A stretch of 64,000 bases of DNA from an uncultured Pseudoalteromonas sp. (GTDB lineage: Bacteria; Pseudomonadota; Gammaproteobacteria; Enterobacterales; Alteromonadaceae): NCBI GenBank assembly GCA_947493455.1, contig CANLRB010000008.1:23173-87172 (forward strand). Direction: 5' to 3'. Below the pieces are notes generated by a model that was not told the DNA's origin, did not search any database, and worked only from the letters and a program-made list of their open reading frames with translations. Every line of letters begins with the position of its first letter. Position 1 is the first letter of the stretch. The translations under genes were made by a program, and so were the position numbers. Below are positions 44,068 through 50,989 of this stretch, piece by piece.

Positions 44068-44482
44068 AAAATATAGTGGTGTGTGTATTAACTTTTTCAT
44101 TTCTTGGTCAATGAGTCTGGAAATCCAAACGAGTATAAACGTTTCGATTGGGGGCGTTGGATTGATAGGAATTCAGACTGCTGAAATACTGGGGCAGAAA
44201 TTCTTATTGAACGTTCTGTAATTAAAGTTGAGTTTGGAAAAAATAATGGTTGTATTGTCCGTAAAGAAAAATGGTTTGGAGCGTGTGCTCCCTTATACAG
44301 CTTTATAAGCATCAATGTGTGACGCCAATCCTACTCTCTGTATAACACAGCTTTAGCCTAAGTTCACAATTATACTTATCTATATTGCAGTATTGACATA
44401 GAGCAAGTTGCAGTAAAGTATTTTTGCTAATTTTTTGAACATCCTTTAATGTTATAAATATTCTGAAAAATAAAGGATTAGT

Positions 44483-45013
44483 ATGAAGAATCTAATATTT
44501 ACCACACTAAGTTTAGCTACACTCATGGTTTCTTCTTGTGCTTTTGGAGTCGACGGTTATAAAGACTTGAAGTTTGGTATGAGTAAGAAACAAGTTTTTT
44601 CTAAGAATATTTGTTCGTTTCATGAGGGGGAATCAGGCCTGTCAGGTCTGGATTTTTACTATTGTGAAGACCTACCTTTTGGAGGTAAAAGTGCCTATGC
44701 AGAAATATATTTCATAAACGATAATCTGCAGAGAGTTCTAGTAACCGCTGACCCTAATTCCACCGAAGGCTTGGTAACTGCGTTGCGAAAAAAGTATGGT
44801 GATGTTAGTAGTATGTCCACCCAACGTGAATTGGAAGATGTTGATAGATACCCTAATAAATCAGCTTTTATTGCGTTTGATAACAACACTGTTTATATAT
44901 ACTTTACTTCAAATGAAAATCACAATTTAGATGTGTTTCTTCTCTACACCACCCCAGAATATGATGTTGATATAATGATGCTGCAAGCAAAGACATTGAG
45001 TGACGACTTATAG
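44483..45013 (+). CDS. Hypothetical lipoprotein (island cargo)
   Basis: RBS AAGGA. Signal and lipobox MKNLIFTTLSLATLMVSSC. 176 aa, no recognisable family. Confidence 0.6.
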   Translation: MKNLIFTTLSLATLMVSSCAFGVDGYKDLKFGMSKKQVFSKNICSFHEGESGLSGLDFYYCEDLPFGGKSAYAEIYFINDNLQRVLVTADPNSTEGLVTALRKKYGDVSSMSTQRELEDVDRYPNKSAFIAFDNNTVYIYFTSNENHNLDVFLLYTTPEYDVDIMMLQAKTLSDDL

Positions 45014-45278
45014 ATTATTATTGATATTCAACACTGAGGTAATGAAGAAAGAAACACTGCTCTCTTTGCTGTGCTGTAAAAATATCTAAAAAATAGCTTT
45101 ACGCCACAGCAAGACTGAACAAATGACACCAGCCCAAAATATCGCCCCCATATCTTTAGGGAAATATCAGTATCACTACCCATCAGTTTTAGAGGGTCTA
45201 TTAAGGGTATGGTCTAAATGTAGGTTTTATCCTTTCCAATTCACTGGCTAGCAGCTTTGTTTTCTACTTGACCCCCAC

Positions 45279-45317
45279 TTTAAATAGAATTATATTTGAA
45301 CCCTATCTAAAATAGAT
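45279..45317 (+). promoter_or_regulatory. Candidate recombinase-binding/operator sites upstream of the small serine recombinase
   Basis: Imperfect 22-bp palindrome TTTAAATAGAA|TTATATTTGAA (9 of 11 symmetric), followed by ATCTA-AAA-TAGAT, 15-50 bp upstream of the ATG at 45332. Confidence 0.35.
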
Positions 45318-45331
45318 GATGAGAGGGGCGT

Positions 45332-45904
45332 ATGGAAAAGTTTATATATTCGAGAGTAAGCACTGTTGAACAGAACGTAGAACAACAAACAAAGTTATTG
45401 CGTGAAGCTTACCCCGATGTGAGTGAGGTTTTTGAGGACAAGTTTTCAGGTAAAGAGGTGGATAGGCCTGAGCTTAATAGATTGAAAGATAAAGTGAGGA
45501 AAGGAGATATTGTCTATTGCTATGATGTATCTAGACTTGCACGTAATACTAAGGATGCTATTGAATTAGTAGAATTCTTTACTGATAAAGGAGTTAGCTT
45601 AGTAGTACATAAGTTAGACAATACTGACATTGCAAGTGGTACGGGTAAGCTAATGTTCACCATGTTAGCGGCATTTGCTGAAATGGAACGTACTAACATG
45701 TTAGAGAAGCAAGCCATTGGTATTGAGAGAGCAAAAGCTGAGGGTAAGTACAGAGGTAAGAAAGTGAGCCCTGATACCATTGCTAAGTGTAAGGAAGCAT
45801 TAGAGCTGGTAGAAAAGATGAAGTACAGTAAGAAGAAGGCTGCAAGCCAAGTAGGTATTGGTGTGAGTACGTTTTATAAGTGGCTTGCTGAGAGAAATAG
45901 ATAG
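45332..45904 (+). CDS. Small serine recombinase (resolvase/invertase family)
   Basis: 190 aa. N-terminal catalytic motif IYSRVSTVEQ. Mid-domain DVSRLARN and GKLMFTMLAAFAEMER. C-terminal HTH (AASQVGIGVSTFYKWL). Confidence 0.92.
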   Translation: MEKFIYSRVSTVEQNVEQQTKLLREAYPDVSEVFEDKFSGKEVDRPELNRLKDKVRKGDIVYCYDVSRLARNTKDAIELVEFFTDKGVSLVVHKLDNTDIASGTGKLMFTMLAAFAEMERTNMLEKQAIGIERAKAEGKYRGKKVSPDTIAKCKEALELVEKMKYSKKKAASQVGIGVSTFYKWLAERNR

Positions 45905-45926
45905 TTAAGCTATTAAAGGAATATGC

Positions 45927-46595
45927 ATGGAACTTGATCAGATAATTCTTGGTGAGAGAGATATCTCTAATTTTAAATCTACTTTTGAAACTAAAGTTAA
46001 CCAAATTATAAGGCGTTTGAATACCTGTGAATCTGTATTTGAGGGTTTAATGCTTGCCAATAAACACCCCAAGTATAAATGGGTTAACGAGCATGTGTTT
46101 CTGTCTTTAGAAAGCGCTGTAAGTTCGCTGAGATTGCTCGCAGAAGGCCATATTAATGCCGCAGGAAACACTATGAGGATATCGTATGAAGCACTCTGTA
46201 TGTCTATTTTACTTTCATCTCCTAGAAAGCTCAAAGCTGGTCGTGGTAAAACAGCAAAAGAGATAGACTTTTATTCTAGCTTTATGAGTGAAGATAACTT
46301 GGCTAAGGCGCATTTATCTATTGGCATGGTGATACAGAACTCAACAGCCTTAGGATTGGTATCAGGAAATGAGTGGCTAAAGCAGGCTAAAGACTTTTAC
46401 AATGGATATAGCCATGCATCAAAAATGGTGTTTTCTTCTCTAACACTTGAATCTGGTAAGTCGATTGTAGGAGGTGGGTACAATGAAGAAAAGCAAGATA
46501 TAGTTTCACAGCATTTAGAATATATCGACAGGCTGGCCATGCAAATGCCAGAACTTATCAAGGAAATTGCTACACGTAACTTAACACTTTCTTAA
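45927..46595 (+). CDS. Hypothetical all-helical protein (possibly DUF5677/AbiV-like; unverified)
   Basis: RBS AAGGAA, 22 nt after the recombinase stop. 222 aa. The segment LRLLAEGHINAAGNTMRISYEALCMSILL and the later FYNGYSHASK only loosely resemble those families, from memory. Confidence 0.5.
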   Translation: MELDQIILGERDISNFKSTFETKVNQIIRRLNTCESVFEGLMLANKHPKYKWVNEHVFLSLESAVSSLRLLAEGHINAAGNTMRISYEALCMSILLSSPRKLKAGRGKTAKEIDFYSSFMSEDNLAKAHLSIGMVIQNSTALGLVSGNEWLKQAKDFYNGYSHASKMVFSSLTLESGKSIVGGGYNEEKQDIVSQHLEYIDRLAMQMPELIKEIATRNLTLS

Positions 46596-46799
46596 AAATT
46601 AATAATTTTATAAGTTAATCCATTAAATATACACTTATAGAGTTGTTACTCTAAAGTTGTTAACGCTAGGGATGTAAGTAAAGGGCAGTGGATTATCTTC
46701 TATATATCTGATAACCCTTATTATTGTTATTATTTTGCATTAGAGGTTACTAATTTTATTTTTTTTTATGTTTTAGCAAAAGATAGGGAATGCGTTCTG

Positions 46800-47393
46800 T
46801 TAAGCAATACACTCTAAATCTATATTTTTATTAGTATGTGACGCAGCAAATCCATGATTGTAAGTCCCTTCACGCACCTTACAAATGTAGCTTACCCACT
46901 TCATAGCGTGGTGAATAGATTCAGTCCTATCTCTATACAGTGTTCTAAAATGAGTGTAATTAACTAGCCCTTTGTAATAAATTGACGCTGTGAGCGCCTT
47001 TTCCCAAGCTTTTCCTACTAAAGACGGGATACTAAAGGGATTGTTTTTACTCTGGTCTGAAAACAAGTGTAAGTGCCAGTGAGCACCTTTGCACCTCTCA
47101 ACTTCCTTGCACCATGCATAGTGTAACTTACCACGTTTTTCATTGTTCCAGCGCTTCTTAAGAGCTTTTATAAATGCTTTGAACAATTGAGCATCATTAT
47201 CTTCATTAGACAAATAAGTGCTTGGTAACTTAAGTGTGAAATGTTGTTGAGCTGTTCGAGTTTGATTGTGAATACAGTTTTGAATTATCCAGTAACAAGA
47301 CTCAAGACGGTCTGTTATCAAATTATTATGGTTATTAATAGATAGATTCTTGTAAGTATCGGTATTAGATTTGTAGTAGTTATGTCGCTGCAT
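46800..47393 (-). CDS. YagK/YfjJ-domain (Inovirus Gp2-like) protein, putative HUH-type replication initiator
   Basis: Strong RBS AAGGAGG. 197 aa. Pattern HFTLKLPSTY...LHYAWCKEVERCKGAHWHLHLF (His-hydrophobic-His) is typical of this family. Confidence 0.55.
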   Translation of the reverse strand: MQRHNYYKSNTDTYKNLSINNHNNLITDRLESCYWIIQNCIHNQTRTAQQHFTLKLPSTYLSNEDNDAQLFKAFIKALKKRWNNEKRGKLHYAWCKEVERCKGAHWHLHLFSDQSKNNPFSIPSLVGKAWEKALTASIYYKGLVNYTHFRTLYRDRTESIHHAMKWVSYICKVREGTYNHGFAASHTNKNIDLECIA

Positions 47394-47747
47394 AGCACCT
47401 CCTTTTAAATGTTTTGTCTCCTATGAGAAATAAAAAATTAGTGGTTTGAATATGCAATAAAGTAGTTACATAATACTAGCGATCTACTAAATAATTACTT
47501 ACTACTAGAATATATAGATAAAACAAACCGAGAGTTTAACGGATTAAACAGACTTAACAGCCTTTAGAAACCACGCAGGGTGTGGGATGGTTTGAAAAGT
47601 CTAAATTTATAATATAAAGGGGTAAAATGTCTGCGTTAAATTTGTTAAGAGCGGAATCTTAACATGGCCTTATCTTGGTTGTCAACACTTCCATTTCGTA
47701 CCAGCAATTCAATAGATACAAAATAGTAATTAGAATATCCACAGCTT

Positions 47748-48227
47748 TTAGTTGCTAATGGTGGCTCTAAGCGCCTGTAACAAGTTTTCTTTTAACCGTT
47801 GTTGTTCCTGTTGTATTTTATCTAATTCGGCTTTCTGATGGGATTCAAGAGCTTCTGCTAGTGCTTTATCAAGCCATTCGCTTTCTTTGATTTTAGTATC
47901 TTCTGAATAATCTGATTCCACTTGTAGAAGTTTGTCTTTTAATTCTTTGTTACTGACTTTTAATGGCTTTACTAATGCTACCGTGTAGCTGCAGGGAGAA
48001 GCACTGCACTTCATAGGCTCTATCGTATACCCACCTTTCAACAAGTCAGGGATAGCTGCACAAAAAGCCTTAAAGCTTGCATAGTGCTTCTTCTCGTAAA
48101 TACCAGAATTTTTGTACTTTGCTTTAGCTGAATCTAACAATTTATTTAGTTCATCTTGCTTCATGAAAGTTGGCATTTGCTTTTTGAGTGTATCGGTAAG
48201 TTGTTTTAACTGTTTGTCTGAAATCAT
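47748..48227 (-). CDS. Hypothetical coiled-coil protein
   Basis: RBS AAGGA. 159 aa, Lys/Glu-rich helical ends, no recognisable family. Confidence 0.55.
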   Translation of the reverse strand: MISDKQLKQLTDTLKKQMPTFMKQDELNKLLDSAKAKYKNSGIYEKKHYASFKAFCAAIPDLLKGGYTIEPMKCSASPCSYTVALVKPLKVSNKELKDKLLQVESDYSEDTKIKESEWLDKALAEALESHQKAELDKIQQEQQRLKENLLQALRATISN

Positions 48228-48366
48228 ACTGTTTTATCCTTTTTGTTTTAACGTATTAAATAGGGGGGAGAGATATGCCAAAATTGGCATTTTAGGGCTT
48301 GTATTTAGTGGGCTGTAGACGAATTGACACCCTTAGTGATACCCAAGGTAGTGGTGGGGTGTTCAA

Positions 48367-48753
48367 TTAGAGATTGTTCGCTGCTTTTAGTCTTCTAATA
48401 TTGCTTCTAGAAACGTCTAATCTGTCTGCAACGTTATTAATTGACAGACCCTTGTTGAGCAATTCAATTGCTTGTTGTTTTTCTTCGGATGACAGGCGTT
48501 TGTATGCCTTCTTTTCGACCTGCTGCTTTGAAAGCTTATCTATGTAATGTGTGAGAATGAAATCTGACGATGATGTAGAAACTAACGTATAACTAAGCCC
48601 ATCTTGTAGGGCTGGTGTGCCTTTGAAAAAATGTTGATTGATATCGTCTAAGCTGCCAGCTATCAATCTGACTCTTTCGTTATTGTGTACCCGCACTAAG
48701 GCAAGGTCTTTGCCCTCTGCATTACTGACTAAATAATATTTATTATTGCTCAA
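48367..48753 (-). CDS. HTH-domain protein (resolvase-type HTH at the C-terminus)
   Basis: 128 aa. C-terminus EKQQAIELLNKGLSINNVADRLDVSRSNIRRLK. TTG start 1 nt after the stop of the 77-aa gene, suggesting translational coupling. Confidence 0.6.
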   Translation of the reverse strand: MSNNKYYLVSNAEGKDLALVRVHNNERVRLIAGSLDDINQHFFKGTPALQDGLSYTLVSTSSSDFILTHYIDKLSKQQVEKKAYKRLSSEEKQQAIELLNKGLSINNVADRLDVSRSNIRRLKAANNL

Positions 48754-48754
48754 A

Positions 48755-48988
48755 TTATTGCCCCTGCTGATTCATATATTCTTGTTGTAATTGCTTGTTA
48801 ATCTTCTTTCTAAACTTGTAAAAGCTTTGAACTAATGATGCTGTTTTAGCTGGTGAATGCCCTTTTGCATATTTGTACAAGTCGTTGATAGTTCCACCTG
48901 CTAAGATGAGTTCGATTAGTTCTAAGCTTGTTTTGCTAGAAGGGTTAATGTTGTGAAACATAGAATACGTTTCGTACTTGAAAGGCAT
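48755..48988 (-). CDS. Small hypothetical protein (candidate excision/regulatory factor)
   Basis: RBS AAGGAG. 77 aa. First gene of the minus-strand set downstream of the large recombinase. Confidence 0.5.
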   Translation of the reverse strand: MPFKYETYSMFHNINPSSKTSLELIELILAGGTINDLYKYAKGHSPAKTASLVQSFYKFRKKINKQLQQEYMNQQGQ

Positions 48989-49174
48989 AGAGTCTCCTTG
49001 TTTTTATTGGTGTAAATAAAAAGCACAGCAAAACAGCCCTAAACTATGAGGTTGAAAAGTAAATGTTGAAGTTGATTTGCTGTACTGAGAAAAGGTATCT
49101 GCGCTTAGTCATTAATAGACAGAAGGTGCGTTCACTAAACACTGATATTGGAAGTGATAAAAGGAATTACCACG

Positions 49175-49192
49175 TATACAATATATTGTATA
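49175..49192. promoter_or_regulatory. 18-bp perfect palindrome (operator or terminator candidate)
   Basis: TATACAAT-AT-ATTGTATA, in the 280-bp gap between the recombinase stop and the 77-aa gene. Confidence 0.35.
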
Positions 49193-49268
49193 TTAATTTT
49201 GTTAATATTTCAAGGTTTCTATATAAGTGTTGCTTATGTTTCTTGCAAGAACTATATTTTCCGTAAAG

Positions 49269-50915
49269 TTAGTTGGTGTTGAACATAAATGTTCTCTCAT
49301 CTGGAAGTTGGGGATGTTCGTAACCATCACCAAACTCTAGGTTTCCATCGTGAGCGACATCTAGATAAAGAGTTCCATCAGGTAAACTACTTGTGACTGC
49401 CTGTGAGCGTAAATAAGGACGTTTTAAAGTGAGCAAAAGTGATTGGTCATAACACAGTTTAAGCTTAGCAGTGCAAGGCTTTGATAGCGTGATACGGTAG
49501 GTTTTAGATAGGTACTTTTGAAGCCTTGCTGCGTGGACTGGGTGTACCAATAGAGGGGGGATTTCACCCCTAAGGTAACAGTCCATTTCAACACTGTGAT
49601 TGATGATCGCACCTAGTTCAAAATCAGCGTCTAGGATTGATTGAGATTCTTTTGAGTGAGTGAGTTCAAGTTTTTTATTATTTAGATCCTCTCTTAAAGA
49701 GTCTAGCTCTGATTTAATTTCAGCGGCTTCTTCTTCATCCGTACAACCAACAAATACTAAACGATACTGTTTTATTTTGTGCGTTAGATTCTCTATCTCT
49801 TTTTCAAGAGCTGGTGTGGTGTCAAGAGTAACAGGTAAGTCTACTGAATTTTTGAGCATCAGGTTTTCAAGAATCATCTTGATATGAAAAATTAGAGTAT
49901 CATAACGCCATGAATCGGAGAGATTGCAGATACTCCGTTCTTTATCAGGGCAAATAAACACTAGTTGACGGTTGCCTTTGTTTCTGAGTTTACAAGGTTT
50001 ACCACAAGCGCATACAACAACGTCTTCATAAATATTAAGGGGACGTGATGTTGCAGTGGTGTGTTGTCGGGAAGTTTGACGGAGTTCTTTTAAGGATTGC
50101 ACCTGTAGAAACTTATCGGTGGGTACTACTTGTGGGTAATAATTTGAAAATGTTTGTTTACCGCGTCCAGACATTTCACCAATGACTTTTCTATCGAATA
50201 ATATTTTCTGTATGTATGAGCTGTGCCAACCTTTACCATTGAAACTGGGAGTATTTTTTTCATTAAGTTTACGGGCAATACTTACAACACCAGCACCAGC
50301 TATGTAAGAATCAAATATGTTTTTTATAATTTCAACACGGTTAGGAATTGGTAGAAACGAATCCGATTTGTCGCAGTAGGTTAACCAGCTCGGGCAAGTT
50401 TTAGCAACCTTGTTTAGTTCACCAGCTAATACTTTGTTACGTGTAGCTTGTCGTGATTTCAGTAGACGGCTAGATAATTGCTTGCTGTAGTTGTGAGCTT
50501 GTTGAATTTTTGCTTGAAGAACATAAGCATCAACGTTATTGAATGAATCTCGGTTGTATTTTTGATTATCTTCAAGAGTGATGATTGTTACATATTTAAA
50601 GAGGTTGAGCAGTAATGTTAGGAAGTCAGCACCATGCAATCGGCCTAATCTGTCTATACTTTCCACCAGTAAATACGAACCTCTAGAAATAAGACCTTTT
50701 TCACAGGCAGTTAAGAAATCTTTTAATGCACCACCGTCTTCAATATGTGAACCAGAGTAGCCAGAGATACCTAGGTCATGGAACGTTAGTTCTTGCAACT
50801 GGTGATCGGGGTTAACTTTTAAAAAGTTATCTAGCAATTCTTGTTGACGTTCAAGGCTGTTACCTTTTTCTTGGACAGTGCTGCTAAATCTTATGTATGA
50901 GTATGATTTCTTCAT
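49269..50915 (-). CDS. Large serine recombinase (integrase)
   Basis: 548 aa. N-terminal resolvase domain YSYIRFSSTVQEKGNSLERQ. Recombinase domain. Cys-rich zinc-ribbon region (VVCACGKPC...FICPDKERSIC). Coiled-coil C-terminal region. The start lies 61 bp from the right junction repeat. Confidence 0.9.
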   Translation of the reverse strand: MKKSYSYIRFSSTVQEKGNSLERQQELLDNFLKVNPDHQLQELTFHDLGISGYSGSHIEDGGALKDFLTACEKGLISRGSYLLVESIDRLGRLHGADFLTLLLNLFKYVTIITLEDNQKYNRDSFNNVDAYVLQAKIQQAHNYSKQLSSRLLKSRQATRNKVLAGELNKVAKTCPSWLTYCDKSDSFLPIPNRVEIIKNIFDSYIAGAGVVSIARKLNEKNTPSFNGKGWHSSYIQKILFDRKVIGEMSGRGKQTFSNYYPQVVPTDKFLQVQSLKELRQTSRQHTTATSRPLNIYEDVVVCACGKPCKLRNKGNRQLVFICPDKERSICNLSDSWRYDTLIFHIKMILENLMLKNSVDLPVTLDTTPALEKEIENLTHKIKQYRLVFVGCTDEEEAAEIKSELDSLREDLNNKKLELTHSKESQSILDADFELGAIINHSVEMDCYLRGEIPPLLVHPVHAARLQKYLSKTYRITLSKPCTAKLKLCYDQSLLLTLKRPYLRSQAVTSSLPDGTLYLDVAHDGNLEFGDGYEHPQLPDERTFMFNTN

Positions 50916-50976
50916 AACAAAATATATAAAATATGTTGGTTGTAATACCTTACCATGATGGTTTAATAATTTACAA

Positions 50977-50989
50977 TTTCAATTGTGGG
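50977..50989 (+). repeat. Right junction direct repeat (attR core)
   Basis: TTTCAATTGTGGG, identical to 44030..44042. Confidence 0.9.

Larger units (their letters stand above)
44030..50989. mobile_element. ~6.9 kb integrated element in comM with a large serine recombinase
   Basis: Splits comM in frame. Bounded by the direct repeat TTTCAATTGTGGG. Carries two serine recombinases and a Rep-like gene. Looks more AT-rich by eye than the flanks. Confidence 0.88.

Noticed and set aside
44097-44315. 72-aa minus-strand ORF, and a 36-aa plus-strand ORF at about 44109-44219, in the left arm of the island.
   Set aside because: Neither has a Shine-Dalgarno sequence, whereas every other island gene has a clear AGGA-type RBS. 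The predicted proteins look random. The region is treated as non-coding and reported as a finding instead.
49063-49266. 67-aa plus-strand ORF between the integrase and the 77-aa gene.
   Set aside because: No RBS; the sequence is AT-rich intergenic DNA that contains the 18-bp palindrome. A regulatory spacer is more plausible.
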